32,000 nt of DNA from Planctopirus limnophila DSM 3776 (GCF_000092105.1 NC_014148.1:2190001-2222000); one strand, 5' to 3'. Positions 8,320-17,254 are shown, counted from the first letter of the stretch. The notes: generated by a model not told the origin, from the letters alone. Program-made: numbers and translations.

Positions 8320-9612
8320 ATGGCAGGCAATAACTTACATACAGACGCTGTCCCACGCATTGTGGTGACCGGGGTGGGTATCGTCTCGCCCATTGGCATT
8401 GGTAAAGAGGCGTTCTGGGACAGCCTCAGCCAGGGAGTATCCGGAATCCAGGCAGATTCCAATATCTCTGGTCATCCATTGGGAGCAAAGGTCAATGAGT
8501 TTGACCCTGTCGCTCATATCTACCAGAAGAAGTTTATTCGCGTCATGCCGCGAGAAGTGCAACTGGGTGTGGCTGCCGCCTCAATGGCGATGAAAGATGC
8601 CGGTCTGGAGCGAGGCGATCTTGATCCTTACCGCATTGGCGTCGAGTTTGGCGCCAGTCATATCTCGACCTCAGCGGAAGATCTGCTCGATGCCGCCCGC
8701 GGCCTGAAAACCGTTGTCGATCCCGAACGATTCGCCAGTCAATTTGGCTCTGCGAACATGGATCAGATTGGCCCGCTGTGGCTGATCAAGCAACTCCCCA
8801 ACATGCCTGCCTGCCATGTCGCGATGGAGCACGATGCCCGCGGCCCTAACAACACAATTACCAGCTCGGAATCGTCTGCGATCCTGGCACTTGCCGAAGC
8901 CGTTCGAACTATCGAACGTGGTGCCGCAGATGTCATGATCGTGGGTGCGTGCAGTTCGCATTTTGACCCAGTCGAATGGACACGAGTTACCACTTACGAG
9001 CAGTTAAGCCAGGAATCCGATCCTGATCGTGCCTGCCGCCCATTCGATTTAAATCGGTCGGGAACGGTCATGGGTGAAGGAGCAGGGGCGTTCATTATTG
9101 AACGATATGAGCACGCCATGGCTCGTGGTGCAACCATCTATGGGGAAGTGCTGGGAGTTGGAGCAGGTTGTGATGGTGCAGGTTTAGAAAATCGCCGCCA
9201 GGGGACAGGTCTGGTGCGAGCGATCGAGCATGCTTTGCGCCGCAGTCAGCTTACTCCGCAGCATCTGGGCCATATCAACGCGCACGGCAAAGGGACCATC
9301 ATTGATGACCTGACAGAAGCCAGGGCCTACCACAGGGTCCTTGGTTCTGTTGCGGAGACGATCCCCGTCACGGCACTAAAGAGTTACTTTGGTCACTTCG
9401 ATGCCGGTGCTGGTGCGGTCGAACTCGTAGGCAGCATTCTCGCATTACGTCATCGGCTGATTCCCCATACGCTCAATTACCGCACTCCCGATCCTGAGTG
9501 CCGACTCAAAATTGTGCGCGGTGAGCCTCGGCGCATGACCAGCGACATCGCCCTCAGTGTCAATCGTACACGCATGGGTCAGAGTGCTGCTGCTGTCATT
9601 CGCGCGATTTAG
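8320..9612 (+). CDS. Beta-ketoacyl-ACP synthase I/II-family protein lacking the catalytic cysteine (430 aa)
   Basis: It has a KAS N-terminus (RIVVTGVGIVSPIGIGKEAFW). Both catalytic His contexts are kept (INAHGKGT; KSYFGHFDAGAGAVE). A gap-free alignment to E. coli FabF around NM.A.H......RGP puts Glu184 (GAA, 8869-8871) where Cys163 sits: ATACTSG versus TSSESSA. Confidence 0.9.
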   Translation: MAGNNLHTDAVPRIVVTGVGIVSPIGIGKEAFWDSLSQGVSGIQADSNISGHPLGAKVNEFDPVAHIYQKKFIRVMPREVQLGVAAASMAMKDAGLERGDLDPYRIGVEFGASHISTSAEDLLDAARGLKTVVDPERFASQFGSANMDQIGPLWLIKQLPNMPACHVAMEHDARGPNNTITSSESSAILALAEAVRTIERGAADVMIVGACSSHFDPVEWTRVTTYEQLSQESDPDRACRPFDLNRSGTVMGEGAGAFIIERYEHAMARGATIYGEVLGVGAGCDGAGLENRRQGTGLVRAIEHALRRSQLTPQHLGHINAHGKGTIIDDLTEARAYHRVLGSVAETIPVTALKSYFGHFDAGAGAVELVGSILALRHRLIPHTLNYRTPDPECRLKIVRGEPRRMTSDIALSVNRTRMGQSAAAVIRAI

Positions 9613-9668
9613 TGCCGAGTACGTGCTGAAGCCAGTACTGAAGTGCCATCTCAAGTTAGAATCGTCAA

Positions 9669-9710
9669 AAAGGCTGCTACCGCTTTGGGCTGTAGCAGCC
9701 TTTCTTGTTT
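9669..9710. terminator. Bidirectional rho-independent terminator between convergent genes
   Basis: A perfect 12-bp stem pairs aaaggctgctac (9669-9680) with gtagcagccttt (9692-9703) around an 11-nt loop. It is flanked by aaaaa on the left and tttcttgttt on the right. It sits between the KS-like stop (9612) and the phoD stop (9725). Confidence 0.7.
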
Positions 9711-9724
9711 AGCAACATATCTGC

Positions 9725-11329
9725 CTACATCTTCTGGGCACCAGCTTTACCGCTCTCCACGGCAAAGCTCGCACGCGTCACCAGTGGTGCACCGGGCTTG
9801 TCGACATACTCAACGACCTGATAGTTCGACGTCCAGCTCTTAGGAGTGATCTCACAACTGACATACCCGCGCTCGGCATTGTAGAACTTCACGAAGGGAT
9901 TCTCATCCTGCACAGTTTGGGCATATTTCAGATTCTGTGATCCATTCCCACTAGAACTGATCGATGTCACGACAAACTCAGTGGCTACAGGCTGGGCGTT
10001 ATCATCCTGACCTGGCGCCAGGTTGTTAACCCAGTTGCTGTGAATATCACCTGTCAGAACAATAGGATTGGAAATCTTCTCGCGATCAAAGAAACCAAGA
10101 ATTCTCTGTCGCTCGACTTCATAACCTGGCCATTGATCCATGCTATAAGCCACCTCTTCCCCGGCTTTGCGATCAACATGCCCCATCATGACCTGCTGAG
10201 CCAGCACATTCCAGATGGACGACGAGGCCTTGAGCCGCTGGGCCAGCCACTTCTCCTGAGCAGGCCCCAGCATGGTTTGCGAAGGCGAGAGCGATTCCGG
10301 GCAGGGAGGTTTGTTTCCATCCCCACAGGGTTGATCCGAACGGTACTGCCTCGTATCCAGCACAGAAAAATCGGCCAATCGGCCAAATGTGGCTGGACGA
10401 TAGAGCGCCATATGCGGCCCCTCAGGCAGGCAGGCGCGAGGCAATGGCATATGCTCGTAATAAGCCCGATAGCTGTTCGCTCTCCGGTCGAGAAACTTGG
10501 CAGGATCGACATCTTTCTGCTCGGAAATGTATCCCGCGCAATTGTTATCGAATTCATGATCATCCCAGGTCACAATCCATGGGCAAAGTGCGTGAGCTGC
10601 CTGAAGAAATTCATCGCTTTTGTACTGCGCATGCCGCTGTCGATAGTCTTCGATCGATTCGATCTCATTACCTCGATGCTTTCGCACCAGGCGATCTTTC
10701 CCCTTGTACTCATAAATGTAATCCCCCAGATGAAAGATCAGATCGAGATCCTCTTTGGACATGTGGTCATACGCAGTGAAAAGGCCCTGCTCAAAGTGCT
10801 GGCACGAAGCAAATGCCATTCGCAACCGGTTGTTGAGAGCCTCAGGCCTGGGCATGGTTCGAAAACGGCCCGTGCGACTGGCACCACCTGAGGCAAGAAA
10901 TCGATAGAAGTACCATCGATCAGGGTCTAACCCGCTCACTTCGACATGCACCGCATGCGCCATATCGGGAGTAGCGACCGCAGTTCCCTTCTGCATGATC
11001 TTCGAGAACTTCTCGTCGTGAGAGACCTCCCATTGGACGGGAATCGCCACAGGTTCGACAGGCTCATCACTCAGCGGATCGGGAAGAATACGTGTCCAGA
11101 GCACAGCACCAGTCGGTTGAGGATCACCCGCAGCCACACCCAATCCAAAAGGATTCGGCCCCAGCCGATAGTTACGATTGAGAACAGCCCCCTCTGTCCA
11201 TGTCGATAATGTCGGCCACAGAACTGCACCAAATCCAGCAGCCATGATCTGTCGCCGAGACCACTTCAACGGGATCTGACCTTGACGAATTTCTCGCGAT
11301 AAGGACTGCGGGGGGTTATCGATTGGCAC
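9725..11329 (-). CDS. phoD: PhoD-family alkaline phosphatase/phosphodiesterase, Tat-exported (534 aa, GTG start)
   Basis: A twin-arginine signal (WSRRQIMAAGFGAVLW) is present. The PhoD N-domain block GVAAGDPQPTGAVLWTRI and metallophosphatase blocks (FHLGDYIYEY, WDDHEFDNN, LTGDIHSNW) are also present. Confidence 0.9.
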   Translation of the reverse strand: MPIDNPPQSLSREIRQGQIPLKWSRRQIMAAGFGAVLWPTLSTWTEGAVLNRNYRLGPNPFGLGVAAGDPQPTGAVLWTRILPDPLSDEPVEPVAIPVQWEVSHDEKFSKIMQKGTAVATPDMAHAVHVEVSGLDPDRWYFYRFLASGGASRTGRFRTMPRPEALNNRLRMAFASCQHFEQGLFTAYDHMSKEDLDLIFHLGDYIYEYKGKDRLVRKHRGNEIESIEDYRQRHAQYKSDEFLQAAHALCPWIVTWDDHEFDNNCAGYISEQKDVDPAKFLDRRANSYRAYYEHMPLPRACLPEGPHMALYRPATFGRLADFSVLDTRQYRSDQPCGDGNKPPCPESLSPSQTMLGPAQEKWLAQRLKASSSIWNVLAQQVMMGHVDRKAGEEVAYSMDQWPGYEVERQRILGFFDREKISNPIVLTGDIHSNWVNNLAPGQDDNAQPVATEFVVTSISSSGNGSQNLKYAQTVQDENPFVKFYNAERGYVSCEITPKSWTSNYQVVEYVDKPGAPLVTRASFAVESGKAGAQKM

Positions 11330-11721
11330 TGGATCAACTCCTTGTTGTTAATTCTGGATATGACGCATCGTCACATGAGCGTCCTGGCTCAGAAGAAATC
11401 CTCACTCTTATTCGAATCAAAAATTATCAATAAACGGTGAAGATTTAACTGGGAATCAATTTTTTATCGTAAACTGCTTATTCGGAGAAAAACTTCCGAC
11501 AGTTCATTTGGTCAATTACCACAAGAGACAAGACCGCAGTTTGATGAACGCCTGCCACCATGATGTCTTAAATCATTTCTGATATGGCTCGACTTACGCA
11601 GTTGACAACAAACCTGTTGGCTTTGTGATTGGGAGCAGGCACAAAAAGCGTTACTCTGAATTTGAAGTCCAGAGAATCGAGGCATAGTCAATCGTCTACT
11701 CTTTGCAGATCTGAAAGCGTT

Positions 11722-12429
11722 ATGGAGCTGAACCAAATCATCGAGTGGGCCGGGAACTCCATCTACGCCTTTCAGGCATTGGGAGCATTAGTCGGTGGGA
11801 CATTGTGTGTGATTCTGTTTCGCCAACTGGCAACCAAACGTTTTCGTACACACAAAGAGGCGGAAGAGTTTCGCGAAGAATGCTCTCAATGGATTCGCGA
11901 CCACAATTGGGAAGCCTTGATTGCCCGTTGCGATGCATCACCCTGGTGGACGAAAGTTTCTCCTCAACTGCTGGGGTTAGCTGCCAGCCGAACGGACATC
12001 CCTCCCGCCGAGATCCGAAATTTTGCGCTCGATCAGTTCGAGCGGGAAGTTCAGGCCGAACTTGAGCACAAAGTCATGTGGGTCAACACGGTCATCAAAT
12101 CAGCCCCGATGCTGGGTCTGTTAGGGACGGTTGCGGGGATGATTGCAGCCTTCGGCAAAATTGCTTCCATGCAGAAATCCGGGACCGATCCTTCCATGCT
12201 GGCTAACGATATCAGCCTGGCACTCATCACCACCGCCGTGGGTCTCGTGATAGCCGTTCCACTGATGATTGCGATTTCTGCGATTCTGATTCGTGTTCGC
12301 AAATTGCAGTTTGAAGTTGATCAGATTCTCACTCCACTCCTCGATCAGCTGGCAGAGGCCCGGTTTGCTGAAACCCAGCAAAAAGTACGTACATCATCCA
12401 GCGAACGGCAGGTGGAACGTACCCGATGA
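11722..12429 (+). CDS. exbB: MotA/TolQ/ExbB-family proton-channel protein (235 aa)
   Basis: Three predicted TM segments are present, with the family motif MLGLLGTVAGMIAAF followed by ISLALITTAVGLVIAVP. The longest ORF starts at 11629. I prefer the ATG at 11722 (MELNQIIEWAG...) because the upstream 31 codons are non-hydrophobic and not family-like. Confidence 0.9.
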   Translation: MELNQIIEWAGNSIYAFQALGALVGGTLCVILFRQLATKRFRTHKEAEEFREECSQWIRDHNWEALIARCDASPWWTKVSPQLLGLAASRTDIPPAEIRNFALDQFEREVQAELEHKVMWVNTVIKSAPMLGLLGTVAGMIAAFGKIASMQKSGTDPSMLANDISLALITTAVGLVIAVPLMIAISAILIRVRKLQFEVDQILTPLLDQLAEARFAETQQKVRTSSSERQVERTR

Positions 12430-12947
12430 ATCCGCCAACTCAACACGAACATTCCCTTTCGAACAAATTGGAAAGCGCAACGGGCAAATTGTTCGATGCC
12501 CAGCCACCAGCCCGGGCCGAACGAGTTCGTCGAAAATCGAACAACACGGCTCTGAACAGCGTCGATCTCGACATCACACCCATGATCGATTGTGTCTTTC
12601 TGCTGCTGATCTTCTTTATGGTCTCGTCCACAATGCAGGGAACACCTGATCTCGACGTCCCCTTTGCAATTCACACGCAAGGCGTCGACAGCCGGCAGTC
12701 GACCGTACTGATTCTCAGGCCAGGCAGAAACCCGGGTGATCGCGCACTGATTACTCTTGAAGACTCCGGCCAGCCGATCTCTTTTGCAGAAATTGGTCAA
12801 CGGGTGACAGACGCTGTGCGAAACGGCCAGCGAAATGTCGTCGTCAAGGCCGAGGGGGACGTGGCCCACGGCGATGTCAGGGATGCCATGCAGGCTGCGG
12901 CAAAAGTCCAGGGCACCAGCGTGTTTGCCGGTGTACGGGAGAAGTAG
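12426..12947 (+). CDS. exbD: ExbD/TolR-family protein (173 aa)
   Basis: The TM motif DITPMIDCVFLLLIFFMV retains the conserved TM Asp (D55, GAT 12588-12590, equivalent to E. coli ExbD D25). The periplasmic domain has GDVAHGDVRDAMQAA. ATGA overlaps the exbB stop at 12426-12429. Confidence 0.9.
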   Translation: MNPPTQHEHSLSNKLESATGKLFDAQPPARAERVRRKSNNTALNSVDLDITPMIDCVFLLLIFFMVSSTMQGTPDLDVPFAIHTQGVDSRQSTVLILRPGRNPGDRALITLEDSGQPISFAEIGQRVTDAVRNGQRNVVVKAEGDVAHGDVRDAMQAAAKVQGTSVFAGVREK

Positions 12948-12950
12948 CTC

Positions 12951-13703
12951 ATGCCCATACGTTTCCGCTGTAATGCCTGCGGGCATCGGTTATCAATCAC
13001 CTCGAGTAAACAGGGGCAAACGACCACCTGTCCGATCTGCCAGAGTGAGACCACCATCCCCTTCGAAGTCGATGATCTTAACAATCATACTCACGAGGAT
13101 ATCGAAAACAATCAGCCTCAAGCAGTCGATACTGAACCCTCTGCAGAACCTCCGGAAACTGCTCAGCGTCTTCCCGTGGCTGCTAAACCTCGATCGATCA
13201 AAAGGATTCCCATCGATCTGGAGGAGATGGATCTTACGCCTATGGTCGATGTCACCTTTCTGCTGCTCATTTTCTTCATGATCACGGCCTCCTTCAGCCT
13301 GCAGAAGACAATTCCATTCCCCACGCCTGACCCACAAAAATCGGGTGGCAAAGCCTCTTTGCAATCCCTCGATGATCTGCTCAACCAATCGATTCTTGTG
13401 GAAGTCAGTCGAGAAGGAAAAATCACGATTGATCGTCGACCGATTGAGACGGACTCTCGAGTACTCGAAGATGAGTTCCGCCTGCAGATGACTCGTGACA
13501 ATAAACAGGAACTGGTTCTGACTGCGGACCCTGCGGCTAAGCACCGCCTGGTGATCACAATCCTCGATGCTGCCAATGCTGCAGGATTGCAGAAAATTCG
13601 GATCGTCACAGCCGGCAGTCAAGTACCACTCAAAGTCACTCGAATTTCGCCAGCTACGAATCTCACCCGGACGCTCACTCAAACCATGACGGAGGGAGTG
13701 TGA
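12951..13703 (+). CDS. ExbD/TolR-family protein with an N-terminal CxxC...CxxC zinc ribbon (250 aa)
   Basis: The N-terminus is MPIRFRCNACGHRLSITSSKQGQTTTCPICQSETTIPF, with Cys at positions 7, 10, 27 and 30. An acidic/Pro linker follows. Next is the ExbD TM motif DLTPMVDVTFLLLIFFMI, with the TM Asp retained (D100, GAT 13248-13250). The periplasmic ExbD domain carries HRLVITILDAANAAG. The gene starts 3 nt after the previous stop. Confidence 0.88.
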   Translation: MPIRFRCNACGHRLSITSSKQGQTTTCPICQSETTIPFEVDDLNNHTHEDIENNQPQAVDTEPSAEPPETAQRLPVAAKPRSIKRIPIDLEEMDLTPMVDVTFLLLIFFMITASFSLQKTIPFPTPDPQKSGGKASLQSLDDLLNQSILVEVSREGKITIDRRPIETDSRVLEDEFRLQMTRDNKQELVLTADPAAKHRLVITILDAANAAGLQKIRIVTAGSQVPLKVTRISPATNLTRTLTQTMTEGV

Positions 13704-16700
13704 TGCCGGAGCTTGTTGTCGTCTGCCCGGGAACTGCCAATCGTGTTTTGGAACTCACCAAAACTCACCCTGTCATGATTGGCTCGCTGGAATTCAATGA
13801 AATTGTGGTACCTGGAGACAACATTCCAGCAGTTGTCTGCCGGGTCAGCTGGAATGGCTCGGCATTCGAAGTCACTGTCGCCGGTGCTCCTTCAGTGAGT
13901 GTGAATGGAGCCGATGTCGCTCGGTCGGAGCTCTCTGCCGGAGATGTGATCTCGATTGGCAAAGTGGCCATTCGTTATCAGGATTTGCAGCAGCAGGGGA
14001 TGGAAAAATCAGTGCCCGCTCCTGAGGCTCAAACACTTCCGAGAAAGTCACCTCGGAAAGGGCAGCCTGAACAACCAGTCGTCATTATTGAAGAAGAATC
14101 TTCGACCAGCCTGAGCGATCTTCCGGCACTTCCCACACGAGATAACGCCGTCGCCAGTCGACTGGCAGCACGCGAGTCTGCTGGATCGCCCGGAGGCAGT
14201 TTTTCTGAAAAACCTGATCTTCGTCAAAGAGGGCTCAATAAGGCCCCCGCACTTGCCCGCCCGGGAGAAGAAGACCTCGTCAGATCGCCGTTTGTTCTGG
14301 GAATGGCCATCTCTGTCGGGCTACTTATCGTGGCAGGACTGGTCACGACTTTCCTGATTCAACAAAGATCTCTCGAGCGGGAATTCGGCCTCGCTGAACT
14401 CGATTTCAAAGAAGGTCGTTTCTCTCAGGCTTACGAAGGATTCCAGAAGTTCTCCACAAGTCACCCCCGGGCCAAACGCTCGAAAGAAGCCAGACGCTAC
14501 GCCTGGAAAGCAGCCATTGAACGCGAACTCCTCGGAGTCACTCCTGATTTCACTCAGGCCATGTCCCATTTGCAGAAATGGATTGTCGATGACCGCGATG
14601 CAGAAGATTTCAGCTCGATCAGACCAGATTTACTTCGTGCAGCCGAAAGAATTGCAAATGGTAGCGCCATAGCCTCGGCTGCCAATGCCAGTGCCGAACT
14701 TCTGAACATTTCCGATGACGCCACCCGACTGATCGAACGCTACAACGACGACCGGACATCTCTGACAGCTTCACTCGAACGCCTGGAACAGTTGCGAAAA
14801 GCTGCCAATCGCGCTCTGGTTCGAAAAAACCGTCTTGATACCGCCACCAGTGAGATCCAGTCCGCCTTAAAGGCAGATCAGGCTTTGAAAGCACTCGCCA
14901 TTCATCGGCAACTGATGGATCATCACCCGGATCTCAAGAAAAACCCGGAGTTGAACGAACTCCTTGCAGAAGCCATTCGACTCGAAACAAAACAGGTCGT
15001 TGAACGTCCCGCCGAGTCACTTCCTCAACCTGACAAACCGCGTGAAGCTGTCAGCGTCATGCCCTACTTCCGGCAGCGCAGCCGCAGCGAAGATCCCACC
15101 AGCAGTCTGATCCTCCCACTGCGCTTGCAGGATTCATTAGTCGCCATTCAACCCGAAACTGGAAAGCTTCTGTGGCAATATCCTCTGGGAAAATCCAATT
15201 CTCCATTTGCGATCCCCTTATCAGGGAATGCTGAGCGCTGGCTGGCATGGAGTGAGCGTGACCAGGGTCTGATCTTATTTGACTCAGAAAATGGGCGGCC
15301 TTCATGGCTCTGCCCGACAGGTCAACTCGCTCCTGGGATTCCTGCCCAAGCGGAGAACTCGCTTTTCGTGAGCCTAGCCTCAGGAGAGGTCTGGCGGCTC
15401 GATAAGGAAACGGGACGCGTTACTGCCGCCTTAAAGTTTCCGCAGAGACTCGTGACGCAACCCGTATTGTTACGAGACGCGACTCATCTCGTCGCGGGCG
15501 GGGAACAGTCACTTCTTTACACCTTCAGCCGCAATCCTCTTCAGATCGTGGCAGCAACATACTTAGGTCATGACAAACACACGTTGACAGTCCCTCAACT
15601 GGCAACGGGAGATTTACTCCTCGTGGGAGAGAATGACCAACTCGACTCAGCCAGATTGCACGTACTGTCCACCGGGCAACCCCTACAGCCCCTGGCAATC
15701 AGGCAAACTTTGGAATTGCCCGGTCTGCTCATGGGAGCTGGCAAAATTCGTGGATCAACGCTTGTATTGCCCCTCGTCGGCGAACGACTGGCTCTCTTCA
15801 ACGTCACCGATCAATCCGGCATGACTCCTCTGACGGAAGTGGATGGCTATCCTTTACAATCGAAATACAACGGGCCGATTGAACTCTGGTTCTCACCACA
15901 AGATGAAATCTGGATGTACGGTTCCCGGTTGAAACGATTCTCCACTCGTTCCGATGGGCTCAGCCTGCTCTCTGGAGATTCCATCACAGGGTGGGCTGCC
16001 GGTCCCATCACCAGCTTTGATCGACAGGTCATGATCCCCCGCAGAGCTTCGTGGACGACCGGAACAACCACCAGCACGGTCAATCTGGCTGGTCAGCCCG
16101 GAAACTGGAAAATGATCTCCGGTGGAAAGTTACTCGGGTCCGCCACCGCCCCAGATCGATTGCTCACTGCCAGTGAAGCCGGCATTCTTTCCCAATGGAC
16201 AACGATTTCTCATAACGAGTCTTCCGTCATGGAATCGCAGGTCGCGATTGACTTGCCACCTCTGGAAAACTGGCAATTGTTCGCCACTCCCTGGAATGGC
16301 AAACTCGTGGTCACAGCCGCAAGAGCTGACTCTGCTGGATCTTCAACCCGCTACTGGATCTATGAAGGGACATCGACACTTCCACCACCGCGATCCATCG
16401 AAGGTCATCTCGAGTTAGCCCCATTGTCGCTCGATGGCGGAATTGTTCTTTTCCAACCGGGAACTGCCACCTGGCTCAATCCCCAAACGGGCCAGAAATC
16501 GCAAGTCGTCCAGCCACAGTTGGCTTCCAGCGGTGATTCAACCTTGCAGAGAAGCTGGAAGTGCGCGGCCGTATTACCAGATTCCATCGTGGTCGCAACA
16601 AAAGATGGTGAACTCTGGAAACTGGCCATGCTCCAGGGTCAATTGACACGCATCGCGACAATCAAGTTGCCTGACGCAGATGTTGCTCAAATGGCGAGCT

Positions 16701-17254
16701 GCGGCCGCTATATCGCAGTTCTCTTGCGCTCGGGAGAAGCCGATCACTCAGGTCAGCTTCATTTGTATCTGGCGGAAACACTCGACCCGCGCGGAACAAT
16801 TGAACTTTCAGATTCTGAATCTGACAACGAAATTCATGCCCTCATCGGTGATGAACAATCGCTGATCGTGTCGACCAGTCAAGGAGTCGAACACTTTGAT
16901 TTGAGCGGCAGTTTTAACTCAGCGATGGCCAACCAGACGACACCGCATCGCTGGAAGATCCCTTCAAAACAGTCACATCGATTACTGGCACACTTTCAAG
17001 GTACAACCATCTGGATTGTCACTGCACCCGATCAGGTTCAGCAGATAGATCGTCGCTCAGGAAAAGTCTTGCACACCGTTCAGACTCAAATCCAGATCGA
17101 TTCGCTCTTTATCGCCTTTGGAAAACTCTTTGCGGCCTCCAGCGATCTGGCCATCGAGTTGATTGCCAACCCTGCCAATACTTTCATTGAAGAGCAGCAG
17201 ACACAGAACACGATTGATCCTGAAAATCGACCTGCTCAAGGGATCGAGCCATGA
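13703..17254 (+). CDS. Bitopic giant protein of about 1183 aa: cytoplasmic FHA-like domain, Pro/Glu-rich linker, TM helix, helical region, PQQ/BamB-like beta-propeller
   Basis: An FHA-like scaffold spans residues about 20-95 (IGS...VVCRVSW...VSVNGADV...LSAGDVISIGKVAIRY). One TM helix, PFVLGMAISVGLLIVAGLVTTFLI, maps to nt 14288-14359. Repeated propeller-type strands occur (LVAIQPETGKLLWQYPLG, LILFDSENGRPSWLCP, VWRLDKETGRVTAALKF). The ATG at 13703 overlaps the preceding TGA (TGATG). A GTG at 13700 is an alternative start. Confidence 0.85.
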   Translation: MPELVVVCPGTANRVLELTKTHPVMIGSLEFNEIVVPGDNIPAVVCRVSWNGSAFEVTVAGAPSVSVNGADVARSELSAGDVISIGKVAIRYQDLQQQGMEKSVPAPEAQTLPRKSPRKGQPEQPVVIIEEESSTSLSDLPALPTRDNAVASRLAARESAGSPGGSFSEKPDLRQRGLNKAPALARPGEEDLVRSPFVLGMAISVGLLIVAGLVTTFLIQQRSLEREFGLAELDFKEGRFSQAYEGFQKFSTSHPRAKRSKEARRYAWKAAIERELLGVTPDFTQAMSHLQKWIVDDRDAEDFSSIRPDLLRAAERIANGSAIASAANASAELLNISDDATRLIERYNDDRTSLTASLERLEQLRKAANRALVRKNRLDTATSEIQSALKADQALKALAIHRQLMDHHPDLKKNPELNELLAEAIRLETKQVVERPAESLPQPDKPREAVSVMPYFRQRSRSEDPTSSLILPLRLQDSLVAIQPETGKLLWQYPLGKSNSPFAIPLSGNAERWLAWSERDQGLILFDSENGRPSWLCPTGQLAPGIPAQAENSLFVSLASGEVWRLDKETGRVTAALKFPQRLVTQPVLLRDATHLVAGGEQSLLYTFSRNPLQIVAATYLGHDKHTLTVPQLATGDLLLVGENDQLDSARLHVLSTGQPLQPLAIRQTLELPGLLMGAGKIRGSTLVLPLVGERLALFNVTDQSGMTPLTEVDGYPLQSKYNGPIELWFSPQDEIWMYGSRLKRFSTRSDGLSLLSGDSITGWAAGPITSFDRQVMIPRRASWTTGTTTSTVNLAGQPGNWKMISGGKLLGSATAPDRLLTASEAGILSQWTTISHNESSVMESQVAIDLPPLENWQLFATPWNGKLVVTAARADSAGSSTRYWIYEGTSTLPPPRSIEGHLELAPLSLDGGIVLFQPGTATWLNPQTGQKSQVVQPQLASSGDSTLQRSWKCAAVLPDSIVVATKDGELWKLAMLQGQLTRIATIKLPDADVAQMASCGRYIAVLLRSGEADHSGQLHLYLAETLDPRGTIELSDSESDNEIHALIGDEQSLIVSTSQGVEHFDLSGSFNSAMANQTTPHRWKIPSKQSHRLLAHFQGTTIWIVTAPDQVQQIDRRSGKVLHTVQTQIQIDSLFIAFGKLFAASSDLAIELIANPANTFIEEQQTQNTIDPENRPAQGIEP

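Noticed and set aside
10040-10891. 283-aa ORF on the plus strand, plus 10186-10563 (minus) and 10387-10779 (plus)
   Set aside because: These ORFs lie entirely inside phoD, antisense or out of frame. The phoD frame has unambiguous Tat-signal and metallophosphatase motifs. The shadow ORFs are Arg/Ser/Pro/His-rich with no motifs, as is typical of antisense frames in GC-biased coding DNA.
11602-11630. TTGACA hexamer (11602-11607) upstream of exbB as a sigma-70 -35 box
   Set aside because: The hexamer 17 nt downstream is GTGATT, only 2 of 6 matches to TATAAT. Promoter consensus for this lineage is not established, so no promoter is called.
12345-13682. Two long minus-strand ORFs (12345-12986, 213 aa; 12993-13682, 229 aa) opposite the two exbD genes
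   Set aside because: The plus-strand frames carry textbook ExbD TM and periplasmic motifs and are translationally coupled to their neighbours. The antisense translations are low-complexity (R/S/C/H-rich) with no recognisable domain. I treat them as shadow ORFs.
11722-13703. MotA/ExbB-type plus ExbD-type genes as a Zorya-like anti-phage system
   Set aside because: ZorA proteins are much longer, with a long cytoplasmic tail. ZorB carries a peptidoglycan-binding domain. Zorya also needs ZorC/ZorD-type (or ZorE) effector genes. Here the channel protein is a standard 235-aa ExbB, the partners are standard ExbD folds, and no nuclease or helicase gene is adjacent.
14000-14290. Pro/Glu/Lys-rich segment of the 1183-aa protein as a TonB-like proline-rich spacer
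   Set aside because: It lies N-terminal to the single TM helix, on the cytoplasmic side, whereas the TonB spacer follows the TM helix in the periplasm. The C-terminus is propeller-like rather than a roughly 90-aa TonB_C domain.
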